Shown here: positions 12,301 through 20,900 of the stretch, in pieces
How positions within the stretch are numbered: the first letter of the stretch is position 1
Layout of the letters: the number at the start of each line of letters is the position of its first letter
IMG/VR virus record: IMGVR_UViG_3300033073_001635
Span: 49,341 to 113,340 of that record
Direction: 5' to 3' (one strand)
Source of the DNA: a virus
Lineage: Duplodnaviria > Caudoviricetes
Length of the DNA stretch: 64,000 bases
The notes under the pieces: model-generated
Told to the model about the DNA's origin: nothing
Seen by the model: the letters and a program-made list of their open reading frames with translations, nothing else
Databases searched by the model: none
Position numbers and translations under genes: made by a program

Positions 12301-13711
12301 GTTTTACTTCTTCTTTTTTTGTATAAGGTCTTAGTTGCAGATAATACCTTAAGGTATTATCTGCAAATTTATAACCAAATTTATCAAAATAAAGCCTAAT
12401 AAAAGGGGCTATTATTTTAAAGACTTCTTCCTCTTTTACTAATTTGTCTAAACCTTTTCCATAAATAGCAAATCCTTCTGGGGTACCTGAACTAAAACGT
12501 AAATTTATTTCATTTTTTACATTATCATAATGTACTAAAATGGAACTGTTAATAGTTACTTTATTAAAATTAAGAAATTGGAATTGCATGTTTTCATCTA
12601 TATTACCTTGTTCTAATTTTCTTAATTTTTCCAAATTAGTTGTAAGTCTTTCTTTAGTATCTGTTGAACTAGGATTTTCAATTAAAAATTTTTCAATAAA
12701 TTTAATAGATTCAGGATTTTTCTTTAAAGAAATAGAAGGTAGATAAACTTCATTGCCAGAATCGTAAAACTCAGAAACTTGAGCATCGTTAAAATTTTCT
12801 GCAAGAAAAGTATAAAAGGAATTCTCGTTAGCTATTTCTAAATTTTTTCTTGATTTTAAAGTACGTAAAGCATCATTTATTTTTTCTCTTACTTCTTCAG
12901 ATACAGATTCTCCTTTAAAACTTTCTACTTGATTTCCCATATCAATAAAAAAATCCATTTTCTCTTTAAATGGAGTATTATTTGGTTTTTTTATTTGACT
13001 ATAGAATTCTTTTATAAAAAAGAATTCAGTTTTAGAATATTTATAAAATATATCATATGTTTTCTCTGACATTACATAAAAATGATCGTTAATTATTTCG
13101 TAATACTGTCCCATAGGCGCAGTAAATTCATTTTTTCCAGGCTCTACTGCGCCTGGTCTGTCTCCTGGTCTTTTTTCTGCTAGCCAACGAAAATGACTTC
13201 TACCGTCAGTGAAAAAGAATATAAAACAAAAATTTTCTTTAATATACTTTTTATATTCTTCTGAATTGTTAAATCCTAAAGAATTAATTAATTCTTTAGT
13301 TGTATTACTATAAAAACGAGAATAAGTATCATCTAATAAATATAGGGTTAAAGGCTTATCTACTTTTTTTAAATTAATCGAAATTGGAGAATTAGAAATA
13401 TTATCAAAAAACCCACCATGTAGAATTTGAAATCCCTCTACACAAGGTGGACAGCCTGTACTACCTTCTGTAAGAAAAATTACTTTTTTTGTAGCTTTAC
13501 TATATCTTTTTAATGCGGTTGCAAATGCAGTAGCTTTATTTTTTAAAGCTTGTCTGACTTTTGGTACATTGTAATCATCTGTAGAATCCCCAATACCAAA
13601 ATACATTACTTCAGCATATTCGTCAGAAATCCCTAATCTCTCAATTGACATGTTTTGTGCAGCTGCATATTCTTTTGCAGTCATTAATCCTTTGATACCT
13701 AATTCATTCAT
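3308..13711 (-). CDS. Giant baseplate hub protein (gp27/gpD-like) with M15 peptidase domain and hydrophobic insertions
   Basis: Hub-like segments LRPGVSCQLRAGYS..LLSGKIADV and GEIIILGNPEINPYD..VEAVTHIFS..GFITEI; M15 Zn motifs SQHYFGSAVD (H892) and GFVHIDLR (H968); position upstream of spike/wedge genes. Confidence 0.7.
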   Translation of the reverse strand: MNELGIKGLMTAKEYAAAQNMSIERLGISDEYAEVMYFGIGDSTDDYNVPKVRQALKNKATAFATALKRYSKATKKVIFLTEGSTGCPPCVEGFQILHGGFFDNISNSPISINLKKVDKPLTLYLLDDTYSRFYSNTTKELINSLGFNNSEEYKKYIKENFCFIFFFTDGRSHFRWLAEKRPGDRPGAVEPGKNEFTAPMGQYYEIINDHFYVMSEKTYDIFYKYSKTEFFFIKEFYSQIKKPNNTPFKEKMDFFIDMGNQVESFKGESVSEEVREKINDALRTLKSRKNLEIANENSFYTFLAENFNDAQVSEFYDSGNEVYLPSISLKKNPESIKFIEKFLIENPSSTDTKERLTTNLEKLRKLEQGNIDENMQFQFLNFNKVTINSSILVHYDNVKNEINLRFSSGTPEGFAIYGKGLDKLVKEEEVFKIIAPFIRLYFDKFGYKFADNTLRYYLQLRPYTKKEEVKPQAIVPANATPELPAPPPQPIPEPVPPPVVEPAPVAEIPPEPPKPEPKPEIQTPTPVVEEAWPLKYLTEDDLKTFKTMNSFLNGSETNESPYQPWLEKNYVSNIFTKTKVLPLTIEDGPDFKTKDNVLVSVSGGINSLTANIPILGQAYPTTQFLSSMEPNYQLNLIASNNMHANGLEDSASDLPNAIKRLEEINTTTLRTAREYKFVPDGTGILVDSFITRLFGSFKEEYLIKENIDDKESYFINVKKPISIESTEYRTLESNPGASAYTMRLSETNVYDSERLKELTTNKTAKNENLYNDVVNYALMNCDNSNYSSRNFDLKQGIVQEFTDDNVFEWQSKYFKSWDFFKSYVNKKEELKTLLSQKRISKVVNTNLYKLATEYLDPLVDYLQQFKELFKGVQITSGFTTQEEDTRTTFSQHYFGSAVDIVVPNFNVIHIFRRLKQIAENNKSKIGIGVYGNDILKRNSFRFPGSTPALEFEYATVMGGQKSETGFVHIDLRSNMLDQSSYDSKLTEYADQNDTTVAALKEFDKKKFSNLNEEEKELYFALRNLKINSFKTDENYSPEYQNSYFWSADKNGKYGINFGSNKVDIFKDKYPSEGQNTIYEIINNPNLDTGHTFDFLNYYLNKDYLDNNIIESITLLGGGSDPGIHPQFKNLFNKINIGSDTNTTLNPVENENGVDELDNDVDSDFIQNTKINFSKEANLYDESLRQDKFLKQLDELFNRDSVDSFFGTNYEEKRFVDLENSIKQKLMSSNVTNESTVYVYDVEAIDDLSKSEKYNDFVEKYKITNKERDPATEEVLRRYFKENKIDAVVESKRTEYDLEYKIYILDPLTASTFTKRETSNAKEELKVKKLLSMICDFHLLASVLLIEPYVYLDSETEINKELQRINSNFYGINVTPLYFNNLYYSITGLSLESYEDDVEDVKLKQQTPNIANKDLFLNHNPKSFTAKLLKTVNQASLTRIIDNSIFGSAVLGALGTVLFVSTMPVITTMALVLATLAVLPVPLLAGLKNESIKNKRVFYGEDYGNIGNWINIVVLKQIILDQSGINKVSFDKNSGLSILSQIYNQIDYEESLSFGLNDFLERINNGEEVWDFSKDIVKQYLINNPIILKYYKTSIFFKEMNQGLSFSLSNIINQSYFEEGEIKEKNGLVNNDVIQVKFAEDWLKYILGFPFLKGTPFFKENHDIYFDAENKEVSFDYFSSKTEEANEIFSHTDNLGLITEEDYKKRKNELQDKKKKYEDDLALANENLTNLKNQIKQMKNDFIKNVKGGPLYNIKTENFNKTLEPLNTQVETYIINIEDIKKNLEQAKSDYNKIDSSLTIDEIFKQAKESYKNTELEIAYPSGEIISGKFSNTDWPTLYSQLSFISNDLPKEPKFEENKKNVIKTFKEKLTLTDNYIAISINEKDSMHELYNKIPYLKEEFLNNFDDYLNKTNESSFSISESFQFEDKIESLFDKQDYNEKDYDFSKENEDLKYLNLKDLFFNIPSLLKKEIVEEYKTHNDKTIAFLKLLLEEVIKELLSSELFKANLNISENENTSDLFDFGGDRNNYPDIDLPMDPAEINSNVNLNPGFFYYESDFNDKLLSDIDARANNILKKSLKFMNDLEKGFVTEDGKNITKGNASDNYIKDILIDTQDSSSSSYIIKGGSGDSFRELILNPNASVKITFERDSNVNLTANDIAFIDIKNLIENSESAQKLTTLNNKLKEIEDKTNAIDVAFGSRTGFLNEPLELLNFYKKYNEKSDSLFFGNSDTDNAIAGKLGIFDDADLSNKKQDISEVMKQSGRKLFEKQFKMQKAYPTFRLFLIEEDAIESDTYFVFDDFYSFSAVKDFTVYKSKKLAADTAIIKLQNISGVLDGTKLGVIRDVDYEMATNRIKEVEAEKKAEQSNTQVIESLVLRPGVSCQLRAGYSSNPKELTILLSGKIADVSWSSSGDMCEVVIQSFGVELEVRKYGSSDADSGVSELEFHTTHKLLGWCMFRNELKHFGRFKKERLFQTGINNSESKEIAVSKESYLGTPPGYSDSMFQFFQSNWGWFVLADVLFSVGTVFIGGAKGLVKEAVVEGAEAVAKSAAKEAAEAGAKEAAEATVTEATKAAAKSTAKGSFISKTAQYLASSMNIVDNVLTGTKWYSKGLLAPFRWAFGSGWNPAKNTLIVNSVLKDIAAGTATLADDAIEASVRATLEATAAGGRGAILTGVAKSFGFNIARSGTNLERLLTVSPKALLSGIQKATQQGILNQKVANALVKEMSTNFNLLYAGRSALEAVSLGVVKSAKFSLLALGIGASIDIISSVVSASTNYLVDLLNNTLNPYSEKIALSPQDDAIYAPHPDRYIKPINEVMSVRSKDLIKKTGIAFLNAFSMYSTEATAEKLQKDIILGRTLAMDKRMYASIGENIFKLKNHTIWEVFHEMSLRHPGWVYGARQYGNGLEYRMFFGLPNQRYFGTPLNNRTIYRMNDIIRAISNNDLASMRRLVGETANLVDDYLDITNVGQSLKAQGENINAPKIKIYKSILLNEWNRITEKRFIPFRNYHLVSSKFNLVANNIKGVNNDVINEIAVLFVNNSSTENPEYTQRIIRSHENIPEDQIHAKAVKYDNCKGFNSALRYGTSELLNAAKEMYAGEIIILGNPEINPYDVILLDDQYTEMYGPIEVEAVTHIFSMDTGFITEIKPNALVTANEGLTYPIINSVVMYDVGRELAEKSPFDFVEVVKKYRKNQDQSSKDQIKKRLKELVDKWFEKEVGAFEMFGLFPNTIQVGYSDLLKMKPEAQQKIKESIVEDLLKQIQTNNIILQAEILNPNASIDSLIDTSAITGLLSSAAAIALATTIKFRTTKLPIAFFSALALASANFNNVVANQLRSPDSLLANKLIPGDMLVSQVADGNLMQIFPLYKNNKPLIYAGYDKINTKRRIKNKFGNIFTDFSDAMETFNIMLKEYANKENIIYSEPNFVSEAIGTLSDAGQTLLPFKLPKGTLRGYMNSYTPDQLINKSLK

Positions 13712-13713
13712 TT

Positions 13714-14925
13714 TTAATTACCTTCTTCATTTGAAATTTTGATTAAAGCTTGAGCTATTTTCTTTTGATTTTCAAGAATTCTAATTTTTTTTTCTTTAGG
13801 ATCACTTATGACTTCTGTACCATTTAGAATTTCTAGTCTATAGTTTTTTAACACTTCACCTGGTAAATTCAAATAGTAATATTGATTATAATAGATTTTC
13901 ATATTTAAATCTTTTTCTAACATTTTTAAAATCAATTTTATTTTTATGTATTCAGGTAAATATGCAGAATGCAATCCTATTACTAAATTTTGAAAATTCT
14001 CCCCAACTAAACCAGATTCTAAGACTTTCATTTCTTCTTTATTAAAGATTGATTGATCAACGCAATTAATTCCAAAGTTCTCAGTCAAAGATTTAATTTG
14101 CAAATAATTGTAATATCTAACATATACGTTACTAAAATAAGGTTCTCTAACACTCATTGAAAAATTATATTTTTTTAAATTTCTATACATTGAAGTAAAA
14201 TATGTTTCTGATTCTTTTTTAGTAGAATTAGAAGTAGAATTTGTTTCTGTAGTTGCTTCTTGATTTCGTGTTTGTGTTGTTAAAGTATATCTTATTTGTG
14301 CTAATTTTTTAATATCAAAAACAGGGAAAACAAAACTAGAAAAATAAGTATCGCTTATGGGTATTAAAAGTGATTCTAATTCTTTTCGAAACATCAAATT
14401 AGGAGAATAAGGATAATAATTAAAATATTTTAAATCCAATTCCGCTTCAAAAGAAGAAACACCAGCTTGATAAGAACTAATTCTAAATCCGACTACAGTG
14501 CAAAACAAATTAGTAGGATTATTTTTATCAAATGCTAAATTAGGATCAATTTCTAAAATAGAATTTTTAATATAATCATTCTTTACCCATACAAAAGGAT
14601 TATTCCTTATCTGAATAATCAATCTATGTAACATTAAAATCATCTCTCTATTAAATAATAATTTAATTTGAATACCAACACTACTTCTACCAGAAACAAC
14701 TTTAGTGGTTGTCTTTGATCTTAATGTTTTATAACCCCAATTAAAATTATCTTTTTGAATTTGAATAGAAATTGGTGGAATAGGAAATAAAATATCATTT
14801 AAAATAAATCCTGTATTTTCTCCTAATTCTCGTAAATGATTACTTACTTCTGAAAAAACCATTTCTCCAGTATATTCAAAATAATCTCTATTAATAATTT
14901 CTTTATTTAAGTCTAAAACAGCCAA
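13714..14925 (-). CDS. Putative tail-tube initiator/baseplate protein (TTG start)
   Basis: FPIPPISIQI..YKTLRSKTT pattern resembling tube-initiator folds; synteny between the tape-measure region and the hub. Confidence 0.4.
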   Translation of the reverse strand: MAVLDLNKEIINRDYFEYTGEMVFSEVSNHLRELGENTGFILNDILFPIPPISIQIQKDNFNWGYKTLRSKTTTKVVSGRSSVGIQIKLLFNREMILMLHRLIIQIRNNPFVWVKNDYIKNSILEIDPNLAFDKNNPTNLFCTVVGFRISSYQAGVSSFEAELDLKYFNYYPYSPNLMFRKELESLLIPISDTYFSSFVFPVFDIKKLAQIRYTLTTQTRNQEATTETNSTSNSTKKESETYFTSMYRNLKKYNFSMSVREPYFSNVYVRYYNYLQIKSLTENFGINCVDQSIFNKEEMKVLESGLVGENFQNLVIGLHSAYLPEYIKIKLILKMLEKDLNMKIYYNQYYYLNLPGEVLKNYRLEILNGTEVISDPKEKKIRILENQKKIAQALIKISNEEGN

Positions 14926-14927
14926 AA

Positions 14928-17900
14928 TTATTCTCCCATAAGTTGATCAAGATAACCACCTGTTAATGGTCTACGATTATCATTGATCATGATACTTGAA
15001 CTACCTCCATTTTGCAAAGCAATCTTATTCATATAATTCGCTTCTTCAATATTTCTAACGTTTCCTTTAATTAAATATGATTGATTTCTTGCAAGCATTG
15101 TACTCCCAGGACTTTGAACTCTACCAACCATATCTTTATAAAAAGGTCTTTGCATAGAGTCTGGAGACATTGATACATCTGAATTGTAATTTTGAACTTG
15201 AGCTAATTCTCTATTTTTAATTTTCTCATTTACTCTTGTATCAGTAAAAATTTCTTCAGGTCGAAGTTCTTCAGTATCATAAGAAGAAGATAATAAATAT
15301 GATGCGCCAACTACTGCTGCAGTAGCAGCAGTCATCTTCATGTTTGATAAATTAGCAATATTATCACCAATCATATTTAAAACATTTGATTGTCTATTAC
15401 CAAGTAGGTTTTCAAATAAAGCTTGTTGTTCAGGAGTACTTAAACCTTGAGATCCAACCGCAGCTTCAAGCACATCAAAATTTCTAACCAACTTTAAATA
15501 ATCTTCATTTGTAAAACGTTTATTCTTACCTGCGCTCATTAAAGCGCCTAGCATATTGTCAGAAGCGTAAGGACTTAAATTATTTGCTTTTACAGTTTTA
15601 ATAATATTTCTGAGCCCTTCAAAAATATCATCAAGATTAAATGTAATTCTCTCTTTATTTAAACCTTCTGTATAAGCTGAAGCTAATGGTTCAGGCATAT
15701 TTTCTACACTAACATTTTTTACAATTAAATCATTTAAGAAATCGGTGTCTTTAAAAACAGTTCCTCTCATAAAGTTTTCAAAATCAGTAGTATCCCCAGT
15801 TTCAAAAGCTGTGTTCAAAGTTTTAGTAAATAGCTCGCCGATATTAGTAGCTAAATCAAGAGATTTAGATTTAATAACAACAGATTCTTGAGAAGCAGAA
15901 ATCAATAATTGTGCTGCTAAATCTGTTTTTCTAAAATCATTTAAATTCATATTTCCTTTAGCTAAATTATAAGCTGCACCAACTGCTACTTTTTTAACTG
16001 CAACGTCAACAGAACCAGTACCAGCTTTAAGAATTCTTTCTTTTGAAGATTCTGATTTTAATAAATCTTGATATGTAATATTTGCAACATCCATTCTTTC
16101 TGCAACTTTTGACATTGCTTTTTTAGCAATCTCCATATTTACAACCATCATGGCACCGGTTTTTTGCATCTCTCTTATATTTCTTTGTATCTGACCCTTG
16201 AATGCATTACTGGTTTTTTCATTATTTAAAATGATTTGATAGATATCACCGTCAAAGTCACCCACTGCAGCTCTAGATATATCTGTACGTACTTTTATAT
16301 CGAAAGTATTAGATGGATCTTTTGTATTTTCAAATTTAAAAGTAGTTTCAAATTCAGGATACACTGCTCTACCAGCACCCAAACCAGTAGCTCTTGTATA
16401 ATTCTGATCATATAGATCTACAGCTTCATTAATAATATCATCTAAACTATGATATTGTTTTTCTTCAGTTAAATCTATATTTGCTATTTTATTATCTATC
16501 TCTGATATTTTAACATTTTCTTCTTCTATAAAACCTTGTAATTTTTCAATTTTTTCATTTTGCTCTAAAGTTGTTAAATCCATATTTCTCGGTGAACGAA
16601 GAATTGGTTTATAAAGTAATCTTTGAGAATCACCTTGTTCAAAATCGTCTAATTTTTGCAAAAGATTGTCTTCATTATTTTTTACTTTTTCCAATAATTG
16701 TTCTTGTTTTGTACGTACATCATCATGCTCTACATAATATGCTTCATCTTCTTCATGATAAAAATCATCATAAATAAGTTCATCCATTTCTGTAAAATAA
16801 TTATGCGCACGAATAAAGTTCTTTAATAAATCTTTATTTACTTTTTTTACAGTTATTCTCTCTGGTTCATCAGTTGGTATATGTGTACCTGTTTCAGGAT
16901 CGTAATTAGTTTTATAAACAATTTCTGATTCACCAGTTTCTTGATTATATTTAGTTAAATTAATTTCTTCTTCTTCAGTAAAAGCTTCTAATCCTAAAAT
17001 TATATCCGATTTACCTAGAAAAGTTTCTGGTTGTCTAGAAGTAATTGGCATCCCCATATCATCAAGTGCATTAACGTATGTAGGTTTACCTTCTGAATCA
17101 AGTATCACATTTCCTTCAGTATCTATTGCTAGATTTTTAAGTTCTCCCTTTTTTATTATATTACCATCAGTATCATACTCATCAAAATCAGAAGCTAATT
17201 CTTCATAATAGAAATTTGCACTAGTTTTTCGACTTAGACCATTATTTTCTAATTCATCAATTGATGAATCAATATTAAATTTTTCTCGTCTAGCTTCTTT
17301 TGCTTTTTCTTGTAAAGTAGCTAGTTTCTCTTCTTCTTCTTTAATTAACTGAGCATTTTTATTAATGCGCCCTACTTTATATTTTGTTCTTTCTTCTGCT
17401 TCGTATTTAGATATATCTTCATCTAATTCTTCTAAAGTGCTGTATTGTTTGCTTTCGTCATGATAAGTAGGTTTTGTTTTATCAGGTTTTCCATCGGGTC
17501 CTAATTCATAACCTTTGATTATTTTTACTTTAGAAAGTGCTTTCTTTTGTTTTTCACCTAAAGCCTCTTCTACTTTATTCTCTAAATGATTTTTATAAAA
17601 CTCTTTTTGATCATCATCTAACTCTTCAAAAGGTTTCATTAATCGAGTAGCAGATATTTTACCAAAAGTTGTTTGATCTGGATTCTGTTTTAAATTATCT
17701 TGAAAAGCTTTAATTAAAGCTTTGTCTTCGTCTGAATCTGTAATATTTCTAACAAATTTACCTTCATCATCAACAACATGATAATCATATTCATCACTAA
17801 AAAACGATTGAAGAAAATCTTTACGAGCTTGATAAATTTCTTGTTCTTCCCGTATGAGCATTTTAGGAATTATAGATTGTGCATAATATAACATTGAATT

Positions 17901-20900
17901 TACAAAGTTATTTGCACCTTTTGTTTTTCCTTGAATCATTGATTCTACAAATTGTTTTTTTAAAGTAAATTCTTGAATTTTTGCTTCAGAATTACTTGTA
18001 TTAGTTATTTGATCTTGGTATTTACCTTCTTTTAGATTCTCTAATAGATCAAAAAGCATTGAAGTTGCATGAAAATGATTTGTGGTTGGAACATCTGGAT
18101 CTTCCATTAATGTTTTTACAAAAGAAAACAAACTTTCAATCGCTTTCTTCTTTTCTTGTTTATGTAATTTTGAGAATGGTATCAATTTTCCATTCTCATC
18201 ATAAGTCATTGCTGTAAAATTATTTGATACATCACGCCTAAGATAATCCGAAGTAAACAATAATTCAGCAAAATCATCTTTGACTTCATGTAAAAATCTA
18301 GGCAATTCTAATAAATCTAATTGATCAGTATCAACTCCTAAAGTTCTATTTTGTTGTAAACCAAAATCTTGCAATGCAAAAATATCACTAATAGCTTGGC
18401 TATTTATTTCAGTAGGACTTATTGGACGCTTTAAATTTAAATTTTCTTTTAATGATTCTCGATACAGTTTAGAATCATTTAAAAATCTATTTAATCCTTT
18501 TTGTATGACATCTTCAGCTAGTGCAGGAGAATATCCAAAATGAGCATATGCTTCTTGTAATGTTTTGATTTCTTTATTAATACTACTAGCTTTTTCATTC
18601 ATTTTTTTATAATTAAAAATTTTAAAAAATGCTTTGTAAATAGGATTATCATTTAAATCTGAATGTTCGGTAGGATCACTACTTAATTGTTGAATATAAT
18701 TTTCTAAATAAGTATATACTGTTTTGCTATTTACACTTACTTGTTTATTTTTGTCAGAAATATATTTTACAATAGTTTTATTAGGATCATTAGGGTCTGC
18801 GTAATCAATTAAATTTCCATTCTCATCAATATTTTCAATATTATATTTTATATAATTAAACCCAGAATAAGTTCTTTCCTTGCCGTTTCTAGTTACAGTT
18901 TTTGATTCCCTATCAAAAGTTATGATTTTTCTAATTTTGTTACCTTCAGAGTCTTTTAGAAAATCAGATCCATCATGTTCATAAAAAACTTTTTGAGCAT
19001 CATCATCTAAAGAATCTATAAATGGTATAAATCTTTTAGCAACTCTAGCACGACCAAGTCCTTTGTTTTCAAGCTGTGTTCTTTCTTCAAAACTTAAATC
19101 GGAATTATTCATCTCATATAAGAAATCAAATAAATTTAATCTTGCTTTTTTATTCTTAAAAAAAGCATTAGCTTCATCTGATTGCATGGTATCTTTCATG
19201 CTTTCAAATACTTTATTAAACTCTTCTATTTTTGTTCTATTGTAAAATTCATGACTTCCAAAAGTTTCAAGAATCTCTTTATTTGTAATAGGAAAATCAG
19301 GATGTATGATTGTTAAATTTAAAAATTTCTCAGTTTGGGTTTTATAAACAGGTTTACCAAACTTATCAAGCATAGGCTTTCCTTTATTTTTTCCACTTTG
19401 ATGTAATACTTCGATTTGACTTAAAATTTCCTCTTCATGTCCACCAAAAGAATTAATAATTACTTTTTGAAAATCACGTTGTTTATTTAGTTTCTCTAAA
19501 TTACTTTTACTACGTTTACTTTGCGTCAAAAGTAATTTCAATCTATGAGATTGAAGATCAATTTCTCTATAATTTTTAATTATAGCTTCTTCATAAGTAT
19601 TGTCATATCCATATCCTCTATAATATCTATCTAAAGCATCAGTTCTTTTTATTTGATCTCCAACATTTTCAAAAGAAGTCCCTGTACTATCTAGTATCAT
19701 ATTAGGATTCAAACTGTTATAAGCATATCTAGAATCCTTACCTAATAACCTGCCTGCTTGAAGTCTTCGATTCCTATCATTTTTGATATCTTTTATATTA
19801 GAAGATTTTTGTTTATAATAATTTAAAAACCCTTTTCCTACTCTATCTACTGATTCTTCAACATTAGTATCTTTATTTATTCTAGTATAAGAAAAATTAC
19901 CTTTAAACATTTCACTTCTTTGTTGTCGTAAAGTTTGAATGAAATCTTGTTTTTGTTGTATATTCCCAGCTAAACGTTCTTGCTTTTGTTGCTTTTGATT
20001 TGAAAAGAATCTTGCTTTTGCTATTCTTTCTTGAAGATTTTCATAACTTGAAATTAGATTAGAATTTAAAGTATTTTCAATACCTTTTACATTTCTTTGA
20101 TATGCAGTTTGTAAATTAAAAATTCTTTCATTTAAATTAGAAACGTTACTTTCTATTTTATTTCTTTTATTAGTTAAATATTCCATTGTAGTTTTTTGAA
20201 AATCAAACGATAAATCTTTAAAAATACCAGTTTTGTTTAATTGATTTAAAACATTTAAAGTTTTAAAATTTAAAAAAGAAAAGTTATTTCCAGAATCGGC
20301 TGCTGATTGTATTGATTGATCAATGTAATTAATAACATCTTCGCCGCCATTCTGAATTATCTTATCTCTAAATGCACTGTTATTACCCATAAATTCAGAT
20401 AAAGATGATAAGAATATTTGCCCTTTAGTATTATAATTCAACACATCAGAATAATGAGATTCAGGTAGATTCTCCCCAATATATTTATACATATCAATAT
20501 TTAAAGCAATGTGAGACATACCTAGTTGTGGATTACGAAAATTTATACCCGAAATACCTTGAGGTTTAAAACTTCCATTTTCTAAACTATTTACTATTCT
20601 CATAGTTCCATCTGAAATTTGCAAAACATCCTCTTCCATACCAAATAAAAACTTTTTATATAGTTCTCGTTTTTCTGTTGGATCTTGTGCATTAAACGTT
20701 TTACTAGCATACATAAATGCTTGCGTATCCAAAAACATATTATAACCATTGGATTCAATAAAAGCTGCATTCATTTTTTGAAGAATTTTAGCATTATCTA
20801 AATCATCGCTTACAAATCTAGTAATTTGATCTTTTTCAGGATCACCTAAACGAACACCCTTACCTTCTAACGTTGCAGAACCAGACATTCTACCAGCTAA

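Noticed and set aside
16270-20520. Intein or intron explanation for the polymerase insertion
   Set aside because: The reading frame is continuous and I saw no Hint splice motifs or LAGLIDADG/HNH signature.
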